NCBI GenBank assembly: GCA_964591955.1
Contig: CAZQBT010000005.1
Coordinates: 6,192-70,191 of the forward strand
Direction: 5' to 3'
Length of the DNA stretch: 64,000 nucleotides
From: an uncultured Brevinematales bacterium
GTDB taxonomy: Bacteria; Spirochaetota; Brevinematia; Brevinematales; CAZQBT01
Part shown: positions 18,555 through 27,712 of the stretch, piece by piece
Position numbering within the stretch: position 1 is the first letter of the stretch
Layout of the letters: every line of letters begins with the position of its first letter
Translations under genes and position numbers: made by a program
The notes under the pieces: model-generated
Told to the model about the DNA's origin: nothing
Databases searched by the model: none
What the model saw: only the letters and a program-made list of their open reading frames with translations

Positions 18555-19085
18555 TTACTTCTTTTTCTTGGACAAAGCAATACTAAGAGCGGTTGTGAGT
18601 TTAAGAATATTGGTGTTATTGGCTTTGAGACGGTTAGAAAGAACCGCCGAGATTTTCCACAGGATTTTAAACCCGATTAGAGGATACTCCCCGGCAAGTT
18701 TCTCGAAATCGTCCTTGTGAATTTCATACAGGACACAGGGAGCAACAGCCTTGATGGTAGCGGAACGAGGCGCGCCCGTTATCAGCGACATCTCACCGAA
18801 AAAGTTCATTTTATTGGCATCAAGCACGGCAATAGACTTTTCCGCCTCACTCCATTTATGAGAACCGACCTGCAAAGTGATACTGTTCATCACCTGAACA
18901 AGCCCCTCTTTAAAAATAAACATAGTAAATCCTTCCTCGCCTTCGGTGATAACGGTATCCCCCTCCTTGAATTTTATCTCACGCAAGATTTTGGAAAAGG
19001 TTTTCAATTCATCATCGGTAAGTTCGGCAAGGAAAGGAATCCCCGCGAGAAATTTAATATCTATGCCGTTTTTTTTAGGTGCCAC
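18555..19085 (-). CDS. Cyclic-nucleotide-binding domain protein
   Basis: FKEGDTVITEGEEG...FFGEMSLITGAPRSATIKA is the canonical CAP/CNB phosphate-binding cassette. Stand-alone protein of 176 aa. Confidence 0.85.
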   Translation of the reverse strand: MAPKKNGIDIKFLAGIPFLAELTDDELKTFSKILREIKFKEGDTVITEGEEGFTMFIFKEGLVQVMNSITLQVGSHKWSEAEKSIAVLDANKMNFFGEMSLITGAPRSATIKAVAPCVLYEIHKDDFEKLAGEYPLIGFKILWKISAVLSNRLKANNTNILKLTTALSIALSKKKK

Positions 19086-19096
19086 TACAACCTCCC

Positions 19097-20290
19097 TTAG
19101 TAAATCACGAAAGCAAAACTGTCTTCTTCACGGATAACATAACCGTCATCGGGATTAATCTTAACATTGTGTTTCTCCTCGCTTTTCTCAAACTCATCGG
19201 CAACCTCGCTGAATTTAGCGCGGATAAAAGCATCAATAGCGTTATCACTTGAAAGAAGGTCATCAATAGTCAACTCCTTTTCCGTAGCAAGAAGCCCGAC
19301 AACCATACTGCGGTTTTTTTCACGGAAAAAAGCAAAAAGTTCCTTAAAGGTTTTGCCTATAAACTGACGGGGAATTTCCGCCATACGGATTTTCGGTTCT
19401 TCATAGTTTGCAATAAGCGCACGGATAAAATCCGGCATAGCAGGAGAACTCAAAGCCCCCGATATAATAATCGGGTTAAATTCCCCGTTAAGTATTACGT
19501 TATCCGCACCGGCGCGAAGTATGTTTTTAGCCTTGTCGCTTTTTATAACCTCGGCAAAAATTTTAATCTCGGGATTGACGGCTTTTATAGTTAAAACGGT
19601 GTAAAGAGTCCGCTCATCCGCCTCATCAAGAAGTCTTTGTCCGTAAGTATCGGCGAGAATCACCACCGACCTGCAGTCCTCAATATTGGCACGGCGAAGC
19701 ACGTTTTCTTTAGTAAAATCCCCGTGTATAAACCGGATATTATAACCGAGAAACTTGGACTTTATCTCGTCATAATCCTCTTCGGTACCGTCATTTACAA
19801 GAACAAGGTTAAAATTACGACTTCCGAGAAAAACCGGCAAAGAAGAAATAATCTTTTCGAGATTATTATTCCATCCGAGAATCAAAATATGGTCTTTAAA
19901 GTTCACTTCTCCTAACCCCCTACGTTCTTTAATTCTTACTTCCACAAGGAAAGAAGCTATACTACCTGAGAAAACCGAGAAAAAAGTAACGCCTGCAAAA
20001 ACGGTCAGGATACCGACAATTTTTCCAAGCGAGGAAGTCGGGACAATATCCCCGTAACCGACGGTGGTTATTGTAACAAAAAGCCACCATATCGAGTCAA
20101 AGATATTGTTTATCTGCCGCTCTTCATTGGCGGGAATTGACTCGATAAAAAACATCAGAATCCCGAACAGAACTACGCCGACAAATAAAAAGAAAAAAAT
20201 TCGGTTACCCGGTTCCGCCCATTTATTCTTGATAAAAAAAGCGATATTTTTAAAGAAACCGGGACTTTTGGAATTACTCACCTTTATCAA
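19097..20290 (-). CDS. Two-TM potassium channel with tandem RCK/TrkA-N domains
   Basis: Selectivity filter TTVGYGD, then two Rossmann-like RCK units (HILILGWNN..., SVVILADT...). Confidence 0.85.
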   Translation of the reverse strand: MIKVSNSKSPGFFKNIAFFIKNKWAEPGNRIFFFLFVGVVLFGILMFFIESIPANEERQINNIFDSIWWLFVTITTVGYGDIVPTSSLGKIVGILTVFAGVTFFSVFSGSIASFLVEVRIKERRGLGEVNFKDHILILGWNNNLEKIISSLPVFLGSRNFNLVLVNDGTEEDYDEIKSKFLGYNIRFIHGDFTKENVLRRANIEDCRSVVILADTYGQRLLDEADERTLYTVLTIKAVNPEIKIFAEVIKSDKAKNILRAGADNVILNGEFNPIIISGALSSPAMPDFIRALIANYEEPKIRMAEIPRQFIGKTFKELFAFFREKNRSMVVGLLATEKELTIDDLLSSDNAIDAFIRAKFSEVADEFEKSEEKHNVKINPDDGYVIREEDSFAFVIY

Positions 20291-21540
20291 CTCCCCGAAG
20301 CATCGTCTTTTACGGAAATACGCAGGAATTTGCGGATAAACTTGCCGATTTCAGCCTTAGAATCCTCCGAAAGATTCAAGAACTCAAAGGCGACATTAAG
20401 CCCGGCATTTTCACCCGGAATATAATCATAACGCACAACCCGTGCGGAAACATCAATTTCTTTACTATCCAAAACCAAAGTAAGAATGACAACTGAGTTT
20501 TCCCTGAATGAACGGGTTAAATAAATATTTTTGGTGCTTGCCAAAATCCCGCCCATAGAGAAATTAATTACGCTAAAAGTTTCTTCCTGACTCATATCAG
20601 CGGATTTTGTCTTAACAACAACCTCACCCATTATATCGGCAAGTCCCTTAATGTAGAATATATCGTAAATGGATAGTTTTTTAAACTCCGGGCTATTAGC
20701 AGGCACCGAAACCTCAATAACTCCGGCTACCCTGTCTCCGATTAAAACCGGGACCATACAATACGAGGAAATCCCGCGTCCGACATAATTATCGCGAATC
20801 TGCTCAAGCACGTCGGGAGAAAGAGTCTTTTTAATAAGCTCAAAATATTTTTCATACCCTATAATATTGTATTTATCGCCAAGATGGACGTAATTGTTTA
20901 AATTATCGGTATCTCCAATCCAAAAAGTCTTTTTATAAGTAGCAACGACTTTTTCAAGAGGAGTAAGGTTAGTATCGCCTTTGAAAATATTAGTCTTGAA
21001 CCTGTTTGAGAACCTTCCCAATTCCTGACCTATCATTTCGGCAATTCTTTTTATATCGGGTTCTTCCTGTGTCAACTCCATATACAGCCCTTTTAAAGTA
21101 GGCGGCAATTCGTCTATATTAACCTTAGAAGCCGCCTCCGAAGAAGGAGTATCAAGACGCTTAATATACATCCGCATAATATCTCCGCTCATATCAACAC
21201 GGGTATATTTACGCAAAAGATGATGACTGAGCAACTCAGGCATCATAACATCAATACTCTTAAGCGGAACATTAAGCAAGCGAAGATTTATCGGGCTTGA
21301 AGAATAAAAATTACGGTTATATTCGAAAGCTAAAGAAAGATTTTTTACAGGGAGAACATCCGGAATAGAATCGAAAAAAATCGAGACATAATCCGAATCC
21401 GACTTGGTAACAAACCCTGAAATAATACGCTGATTATCACGATTTTTAATATTAACCGCAATATGCTTCAATCGAAGGTGGTTAAAAATAGTAACAATTT
21501 CGTTTTTTCTTGAAATATCTTTTTCCATCGCTGCCCCCAT
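20287..21540 (-). CDS. GAF-domain signalling protein with PilZ-like N- and C-terminal modules
   Basis: The central region ...SSYCMVPVLIGDRVAGVIEVSVPAN...LADIMGEVV is GAF-like. The C-terminal beta-barrel-like region carries an NFSMGG (N-x-S-x-x-G) PilZ motif. An R-x-x-x-R (RKYTR) lies about 220 aa upstream, after a YcgR-N-like segment. Confidence 0.5.
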   Translation of the reverse strand: MGAAMEKDISRKNEIVTIFNHLRLKHIAVNIKNRDNQRIISGFVTKSDSDYVSIFFDSIPDVLPVKNLSLAFEYNRNFYSSSPINLRLLNVPLKSIDVMMPELLSHHLLRKYTRVDMSGDIMRMYIKRLDTPSSEAASKVNIDELPPTLKGLYMELTQEEPDIKRIAEMIGQELGRFSNRFKTNIFKGDTNLTPLEKVVATYKKTFWIGDTDNLNNYVHLGDKYNIIGYEKYFELIKKTLSPDVLEQIRDNYVGRGISSYCMVPVLIGDRVAGVIEVSVPANSPEFKKLSIYDIFYIKGLADIMGEVVVKTKSADMSQEETFSVINFSMGGILASTKNIYLTRSFRENSVVILTLVLDSKEIDVSARVVRYDYIPGENAGLNVAFEFLNLSEDSKAEIGKFIRKFLRISVKDDASGS

Positions 21541-21543
21541 TAA

Positions 21544-22593
21544 TCACTCAAACGTAATAGACCAAATCTTTATAGTACGGTCGCGGGAACCGGAAGCAAG
21601 AAATTTGCCGTCGGGACTAACCGAAAGCGACATAATATGCGACCAATGGTCTTTAACGCGTGTAACAATATCCCCCTTTTCAATGTCAAATACATAAATC
21701 TCATTATCATCCCCACCGGAAAAAATATATCGGCTATCGGGAGAAAATTTGGCAACAAGAACGCTCCCCAGATGCCCGCGCAATACGCGATAAGGCTCGG
21801 AAAGATTATTCGTTCGCCAAACGGAAACGGTAGAATCCGCGCTTGCAAGAAGAAAAAATTTGCCGTCATCGGAAAAACGAACATATTCAATCGGCATTCT
21901 GTGAAAATCAATTTGATGCCTGAGATTCAAATCGGGAAAACTCCAAATTTTTGCAAGCGAATCCTGCCCCCCGCTAAGAGCAAGATTTCCGTCGGGTGAG
22001 ATACATACGTTCCAAACCTCTTTATTATGCGCCTGCAACTCGGTTTTCTTTTCTAACTCGGGAACACTCCAAACAATCAGTTTGCCGTCAACTCCCGCCG
22101 TTAAAACATTACGGCTATCGGGTGAAACATGCAAACTCTGTATTCCCCTTGAATGAGCAAGTTGTGCGCGCTCTTCACGAAGACTATCGGAATAAAGAAC
22201 TTTCAAGGTTTCATGCGCCCCGATAACCAAATACCTGTTATTAGGCGAAAAATGCACCGGGATACCCCAGATAGCGCCGTATTGCTCAAATCTGCAAAAC
22301 AACTCTTTTCCCGTTTTATAATCCCACAACCTTACGGAACGGTCTGCAGCGCCCGAGGCAAGACGATTACCGCTTTTATTAAAATCAAGATAAAAAACAT
22401 ATTGATGATGTCCAACTAAAGTCCTATATAGAGTCAATCTTAGTTGCTTTGCCTCGACAACAGGCGGGGTTTCAGTTACTACAAGCGGAATACCATCCGG
22501 CGACACAACCTCTTTTTTGCCACAAGATGCATAAACCGTCAAAAGTATAAATACTGAGAAAAAAGCCGAAACCCTCAAAACTAATAACTTCAT
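21544..22593 (-). CDS. WD40 beta-propeller repeat lipoprotein
   Basis: Signal peptide plus lipobox (LLTVYASC). About seven repeats with the H..V..L.FSPDG..LASGS.D.T.K(I/L)W pattern. Start set to ATG 22593 (the track start is a TTG). Confidence 0.8.
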   Translation of the reverse strand: MKLLVLRVSAFFSVFILLTVYASCGKKEVVSPDGIPLVVTETPPVVEAKQLRLTLYRTLVGHHQYVFYLDFNKSGNRLASGAADRSVRLWDYKTGKELFCRFEQYGAIWGIPVHFSPNNRYLVIGAHETLKVLYSDSLREERAQLAHSRGIQSLHVSPDSRNVLTAGVDGKLIVWSVPELEKKTELQAHNKEVWNVCISPDGNLALSGGQDSLAKIWSFPDLNLRHQIDFHRMPIEYVRFSDDGKFFLLASADSTVSVWRTNNLSEPYRVLRGHLGSVLVAKFSPDSRYIFSGGDDNEIYVFDIEKGDIVTRVKDHWSHIMSLSVSPDGKFLASGSRDRTIKIWSITFE

Positions 22594-22610
22594 AGCTTTT
22601 TCCCAAACAA

Positions 22611-22648
22611 AAATTAACAAAACAAAAGGCTAGGTAACTCCCAGCCTT
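22611..22648 (-). terminator. Rho-independent terminator after the downstream FlaA-like gene
   Basis: On the minus strand: AAGGCTGG-GAGTTA-CC(T)AGCCTT hairpin (22626-22648) followed by TTGTTTTGTTAATTTT. Confidence 0.5.
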
Positions 22649-22688
22649 CTGATGTATAAAATACTTCAGTAATAAAAACCAAAATCTC

Positions 22689-23411
22689 CTACCAGCTATC
22701 CAACATATCGTCGGGATTCTGGCTTTGTTCCGTGAACAAATCGGTATCGGCAGTTAAATAATCGAAGTAAATGTAATAAGGTCTTCCGAGCATATCTTCG
22801 GGATTAAAATCAACCCTGAAACCAACAAAAGTAAGTCCTCTTTCCTCGGTAACTTTGTAATTTTCCTGTTCAACGGTATCGGGGACATTCAGGACAACCT
22901 TTTTCCATCCGACCCAAATCATCCTTTCGGCGGAAAGAACGCGCAATCTGTCAAGATAATCCCTTACAACAAAGCTCAAAGTATGGCGATAATTTCTTCC
23001 TACCACCCAAACGGAAAGACTTTTAGTAATACCTTTAACTTTAGTAGGACGCGCCGGGTTAATGGAAATCCAACTCCAGTCTCTTCTCATAAACTCGGTT
23101 TTCACACCTAATACATAGCGGTTATCCTCGCCGAACAATTCGCGAGGTCCGCCTTCGCGTCTCATAGCACGGGTTACACCGTAATCCCGAGGCATATAAG
23201 AAGCCCATTCACCCGCAGTCTCAAAATCATCAATGAGGAGGGTTTGAACCAACTCTGTGGCAACTGTGCGTCGCGCCGTTTCACCCGCATCGGTATCCAC
23301 AACCTCAAGCTCGCCAACTCTGGCGGCATCCGGTCTCCCGACCTGCTGTGCAAACATCGGGCTTACCGAAATCAATATTACTGCCAACACCACAAACACT
23401 CTATGTTTCAT
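22689..23411 (-). CDS. FlaA-like flagellar filament outer-layer (sheath) protein, paralogue 1
   Basis: Secreted, 240 aa. Shares with its neighbour the block SLSVWVVGRNYRHTLSFVVRDYLDRLRVL...WVGWKKVVLNVP...YFDYL, which I recall as typical of the spirochaetal FlaA family. From memory, not verified. Confidence 0.5.
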   Translation of the reverse strand: MKHRVFVVLAVILISVSPMFAQQVGRPDAARVGELEVVDTDAGETARRTVATELVQTLLIDDFETAGEWASYMPRDYGVTRAMRREGGPRELFGEDNRYVLGVKTEFMRRDWSWISINPARPTKVKGITKSLSVWVVGRNYRHTLSFVVRDYLDRLRVLSAERMIWVGWKKVVLNVPDTVEQENYKVTEERGLTFVGFRVDFNPEDMLGRPYYIYFDYLTADTDLFTEQSQNPDDMLDSW

Positions 23412-23444
23412 AACAATCTCCTTATTACAAAATTTAATCTATAA

Positions 23445-24254
23445 TTACCACGCCTTCCTTGCGAGGTCATCACCGTCAAACCTCTCCACGTGAACATCAG
23501 TCTGAACCTGCATATAATCAAAGTATGCATAAAATTGGTCAACCCTCTCGGTAGGATAACTCCACAGCTTAATAATGTCTAATTTTAACGGTTGCAGGAA
23601 AGGAACATGGTATTGCGCCTGAGGAATATGCCCCGGAATATTAGTGCGAAGATTTCTCCACCCGATATAGTTAAGGTCTCCCACCTGAATCCTGTGCATA
23701 TAGCCTTTAAAATCGCGGATATGAAACTCCATCCAATACCGGTAATTACCGCCCCAAACCCAAATATCAAGACTATGAACAATGCCGAATAAATCAAGAC
23801 TGGATACCTCACTTTCAACTTGCGAATTAGGAGGACTCATAGGATCATCGGGAAAAGCATTAGCGCCGGTAGGTTTGTGAGGGACAAGTTCAATCCAGTT
23901 GTAAGACTGCTTGATAAACTGGGCTTTAATTCCCAACGCCCAATGTTGTCTTGCTTCCTGCTCCTGAGGCAATCCCATCGGCTTTGCCTGAATATATTCA
24001 CCTGCGCATGCCTCCGGGTCGGGATCTGCATTTTCAACGGTAAAATCAACCGGCTTGGCAAATCTGGAAAACCTCACTCTCCAAAGCGTGCCTCTTTCCC
24101 TGTCGATATAATCCCCAAAATCGGAAATGATGTAAGTTTGCAAATTAACCGTATCCCGTTTTTGCTGGCGGAATGCATCGACTTTAGAAAACGGCAATAA
24201 CATAAACACTGCAATCAGCATAAAACCTAAAACTAACCTTCCTTTGTATTTCAT
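23445..24254 (-). CDS. FlaA-like flagellar filament outer-layer (sheath) protein, paralogue 2
   Basis: Secreted, 269 aa. SLDIWVWGGNYRYWMEFHIRDFKGYMHRIQVGDLNYIGWRNLRTNIP...YAYFDYM is a paralogue of 22689-23411. Confidence 0.5.
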   Translation of the reverse strand: MKYKGRLVLGFMLIAVFMLLPFSKVDAFRQQKRDTVNLQTYIISDFGDYIDRERGTLWRVRFSRFAKPVDFTVENADPDPEACAGEYIQAKPMGLPQEQEARQHWALGIKAQFIKQSYNWIELVPHKPTGANAFPDDPMSPPNSQVESEVSSLDLFGIVHSLDIWVWGGNYRYWMEFHIRDFKGYMHRIQVGDLNYIGWRNLRTNIPGHIPQAQYHVPFLQPLKLDIIKLWSYPTERVDQFYAYFDYMQVQTDVHVERFDGDDLARKAW

Positions 24255-24280
24255 CTGCCTCTCCTTAGTTTATTTTTATG

Positions 24281-24637
24281 TTATAAAACATTTTCCACCT
24301 TATTGTTATAATCGACAATAATTATACGGGGCTTAAATATTTTTGCTTCTTCTTTTGTCATTAAGCCGAAAGAAGCAATAATAACGCGGTCTCCCACCTT
24401 ATTCAGATGGGCTGCCGCCCCGTTAAGACAAATAACCCCGCTTCCCCTTTCTCCCGGTATTGCATAAGTCGTAAGCCTTGACCCTCCGGTGATATTCCAC
24501 ACATGAACACGCTCAAAATTTAATATCCCCGCCTGCTCCATCAACTCTTCATCAATAGTAACGCTTCCCACATAATCCAAATCCGTCTCGGTTACTACCG
24601 CCTTGTGTATTTTAGATTTTAAAATCTCAACCATCAT
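24281..24637 (-). CDS. panD: Aspartate 1-decarboxylase
   Basis: [28 protein letters not shown]...[15 protein letters not shown] includes the G-S self-processing site. Size is 118 aa. Confidence 0.92.
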   Translation of the reverse strand: MMVEILKSKIHKAVVTETDLDYVGSVTIDEELMEQAGILNFERVHVWNITGGSRLTTYAIPGERGSGVICLNGAAAHLNKVGDRVIIASFGLMTKEEAKIFKPRIIIVDYNNKVENVL

Positions 24638-24706
24638 CTAAAACTTCCCTTATTCAAAAATTAGTTTCATAAATTTCCTACGTTAATTATAAGGGAAAAA
24701 ATAAAA

Positions 24707-25477
24707 TTAATCCAATCTTATATAAAAATCTCTGCTATTTCCCCAATACCTGCCGCTTGTAGCAAGCACTTTTCCGTTAGCATCCTTAATCTTATAAAGC
24801 AAATAAATATTATACTTGCCTTTCGGTAAAAATTGTCCGTTAATATTCTTACCGTTCCAAAACCTTGTATATTGAGCCTGCCCGTTGATTACATCTATAT
24901 TACGGGAAAGCCCGATTAAATAATATGTAATAAGCCTTCTTCTTTGCCCCGCAGGCACTGCATAAAGTTGGAACTCAACCCTTCTGCCCGCTTGAAACTC
25001 ATTAAAAACAACCGAGGTAAACTTAATATAACGTCTCGGCGAAATACTCTGTCCGCTTCTGTCGTTTCCCGCCTTGATATAACACCCCTCAACGCCTTTT
25101 GTCGAAATACCGTCCGCACGTGCGCTTACACGGGAAGGTGCAGGTTCGCGCGTAACTTCAACGGGTTTGTCCTGAATTTTCGGTTCGGGTTTAATCTCTT
25201 CTATTACCGGCAAGTCTTCTTTCTCTTCCTTAATCACATCATTGGTTGCCTCAGTTTTCGCCAAAAAGACTTCCCTTTCGTCTTCAGGAATAATTTCCGT
25301 TATGGCATCCTCAACCTTCAAATCGCCGACTTCGCCCGCTTCCTGCAATATGCTTTCCCTAATCAAATCGGTAATTATATCTCCCCGAATGTCCTCTTCG
25401 GAAGCGTCATCTTCCCTTCGACAACTCCCTATCATCAGGAACAATCCGGCTATAATTAATATTAAAATCCTTTTCAT
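24707..25477 (-). CDS. Lipoprotein, acidic linker plus C-terminal Ig-like (FlgD-Ig-type) domain
   Basis: Lipobox MIGSC and a Glu/Asp/Pro-rich middle. The C-terminal ...FWNGKNINGQFLPKGKYNIYLLYKIKDANG... resembles FlgD-Ig-like beta-sandwich domains. Confidence 0.4.
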   Translation of the reverse strand: MKRILILIIAGLFLMIGSCRREDDASEEDIRGDIITDLIRESILQEAGEVGDLKVEDAITEIIPEDEREVFLAKTEATNDVIKEEKEDLPVIEEIKPEPKIQDKPVEVTREPAPSRVSARADGISTKGVEGCYIKAGNDRSGQSISPRRYIKFTSVVFNEFQAGRRVEFQLYAVPAGQRRRLITYYLIGLSRNIDVINGQAQYTRFWNGKNINGQFLPKGKYNIYLLYKIKDANGKVLATSGRYWGNSRDFYIRLD

Positions 25478-25499
25478 TTCTTCCCTCCTTGGAAGACCT

Positions 25500-26837
25500 C
25501 TACACCTTTATTTTAGAGTACTTAAACGAATACTCCAATAATCCGCTAACAACCTTAGGATAAAAATCCGTAGATTTATGCGGCATCTCTTCGTTTTTCT
25601 CAGCTATATTCACCACGTTAATAGGGTCAACGGGATTCAGGATAAAAGCAATCGCGCATTTACCCGCCTTGACCAAATCAAGCGCCTTGGCATCACCCCT
25701 GATATAATACAATTGCTTTGCGGTATTTTCCGAACTAATCCCGAATATCGGATTAAGTATAGATGATTCCAAAAGAACTACGTCCAATTCTTTCATTGCT
25801 TCAGACAACTGCTTCCCGCCTAAAGCCTCATCCAATTCGCTTTTAAGAACCAATAACAAATACTTGTTCGGAAAATCCCTGTGATATAAACCTATGGCTT
25901 TTTGACCGTTTCGTTTATATTCCGCCAAAAGTTTACGAAGTTTAATTCTTGCCGCTTTTTCCATACGGTAATCGCTAAACTCCATCGCGGCAATTTTATA
26001 GTGCTTTTCTACTTTTCTCAAAATCTCCAAACCGGAAAGAGAGGTTTGTTTAATTAGCCTGTGAGTAGGCAAAATTTTGATTGTCTCATCATAAACATTA
26101 AAAAACGCGCCTATTGTATAATTAAAAGGCTCTTTACCGGTATATTTTTCTCCTAATTCCTGCTTCCTTGAATTACGATATTTCAATGCGGTTTCATAGC
26201 GATGATGCCCGTCGGCTATATACACGCTTTTATCTGCAAAACAGGTTTTAATATTCCCGTTAATCTCAGCATCGGAAATTTTGTATATCCTATGCTTGTG
26301 TCCTTCCCCATCAACTACTTCCAACATTGGTTTTTCCGACGATGCAATCACCTTGTCGTAAAGATTATTTAGTTGCTTCTCCTTGTCTTTGTAAACAAAA
26401 AATACGCTTTCAAGCTCGGTATTTGTTTCATTAAGCAAAAGATGCCTGTCTTCAACGTAAGCCGTAAACGTTTTTTCATGCTTCTTGACAACCTCACCGT
26501 ATTCCTCGATTTTCAGAAGTCCAATAAAACCCCGTCGTATCAGGGTATTGCCGTCAAAATTAAATTCCGTCTCATAAACATAAAACCCCGGTTCACCGTC
26601 GATTATAAGAACATCTCTCAAAAGCCAGCTAAAAATCTTATTCATCGCATTGCGATATTTCTCCTCGCCCTCCCCGTCGGGCAATACCAAATTGACAAAA
26701 TTATACGGGTCTTTTTCGATAAGGGCTTCCTTTTCGTCGGCAGTTATCATATCATAAGGCGGACATATCAAATCCGACATATCCTTAACCTTTTTAGTGT
26801 TGTAATACATTGCTCCAAATTCCGCTAACTGTGCCAT
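25500..26837 (-). CDS. DUF1015 family protein (paralogue 1)
   Basis: ICPPYDMIT near the N-terminus and the YIADGHHRYETALKY motif. Size is 445 aa. Confidence 0.8.
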   Translation of the reverse strand: MAQLAEFGAMYYNTKKVKDMSDLICPPYDMITADEKEALIEKDPYNFVNLVLPDGEGEEKYRNAMNKIFSWLLRDVLIIDGEPGFYVYETEFNFDGNTLIRRGFIGLLKIEEYGEVVKKHEKTFTAYVEDRHLLLNETNTELESVFFVYKDKEKQLNNLYDKVIASSEKPMLEVVDGEGHKHRIYKISDAEINGNIKTCFADKSVYIADGHHRYETALKYRNSRKQELGEKYTGKEPFNYTIGAFFNVYDETIKILPTHRLIKQTSLSGLEILRKVEKHYKIAAMEFSDYRMEKAARIKLRKLLAEYKRNGQKAIGLYHRDFPNKYLLLVLKSELDEALGGKQLSEAMKELDVVLLESSILNPIFGISSENTAKQLYYIRGDAKALDLVKAGKCAIAFILNPVDPINVVNIAEKNEEMPHKSTDFYPKVVSGLLEYSFKYSKIKV

Positions 26838-27044
26838 AAATCCTCTTCCTACAAATTTTTATTTCACCGACAAAAAAACAACACTCTCCCTTTTTCTTAT
26901 CGGTATCCTATATTATATAAATTAAATCAAAAAAGTAAATATTTATTTCGTTTTAAACCTATATTTTTTTATATAAATTTTCTTTTTGATTTTCCATTAA
27001 ATTATCCAAAATCAATAAAAAATCATACCCTTTGCCCCGTTGAA

Positions 27045-27073
27045 TTGACAGTATTTATTTTTTAGATTATCAT
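27045..27073 (+). promoter_or_regulatory. Sigma-70-type promoter upstream of rdgB
   Basis: TTGACA (27045-27050), 17-nt spacer, TATCAT (27068-27073). ATG at 27104 with a GGAGGGGG RBS. Confidence 0.4.
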
Positions 27074-27103
27074 ATTAAACCATTTATTAGTTCGGAGGGG
27101 GTT

Positions 27104-27712
27104 ATGGAGCTTATTGTAGCTACACATAACGCAGGTAAATTTAAAGAAATCAAATCAATACTTCAGGATTCCCAAATCAACGTTCTTTCACTCAACGATA
27201 TCGGGTATAAACAGGAAATAGTCGAAAACGGAAACTCCTATTTTGAAAACGCGCTTAAAAAAGCAAGGGAAATTTGCAATCACAAAAAGGAGGCATTTAT
27301 ATTATCGGATGATTCGGGGCTTGAAGTTGATTATTTAGACGGGAAACCCGGTATTCATTCCGCCCGTTTCGCCGGGGAAAAATCTACCGACACCGACCGC
27401 ATAAACAAACTTCTCCATTCGCTCAGAGGGGTCGGATTGGAAAAACGCGGGGCGCATTTCGTATGCGTTATGGTGCTGGTTTCTCCCGACGGATGTATTC
27501 ACTCCACTCGCGGGGAATCTTACGGCGCAATATCATTATACCCTCAGGGCAATGAGGGATTCGGTTACGACCCGGTATTTCTGCCGGTGGAATTCGGGTA
27601 TTCAAGAAGTTTTGCTACAATTCCTTCTTCAATTAAAAACCGCATATCTCATCGCGCGCGCGCTTTATCATGTATGACGGAAATTATCAAGGATATATCG
27701 GGGAATATATGA
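27104..27712 (+). CDS. rdgB: dITP/XTP pyrophosphatase (RdgB/HAM1)
   Basis: LIVATHNAGKFKEIKSIL...SDDSGLEVDYLDGKPGIHSARF...FGYDPVF...HRA. Confidence 0.9.
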   Translation: MELIVATHNAGKFKEIKSILQDSQINVLSLNDIGYKQEIVENGNSYFENALKKAREICNHKKEAFILSDDSGLEVDYLDGKPGIHSARFAGEKSTDTDRINKLLHSLRGVGLEKRGAHFVCVMVLVSPDGCIHSTRGESYGAISLYPQGNEGFGYDPVFLPVEFGYSRSFATIPSSIKNRISHRARALSCMTEIIKDISGNI

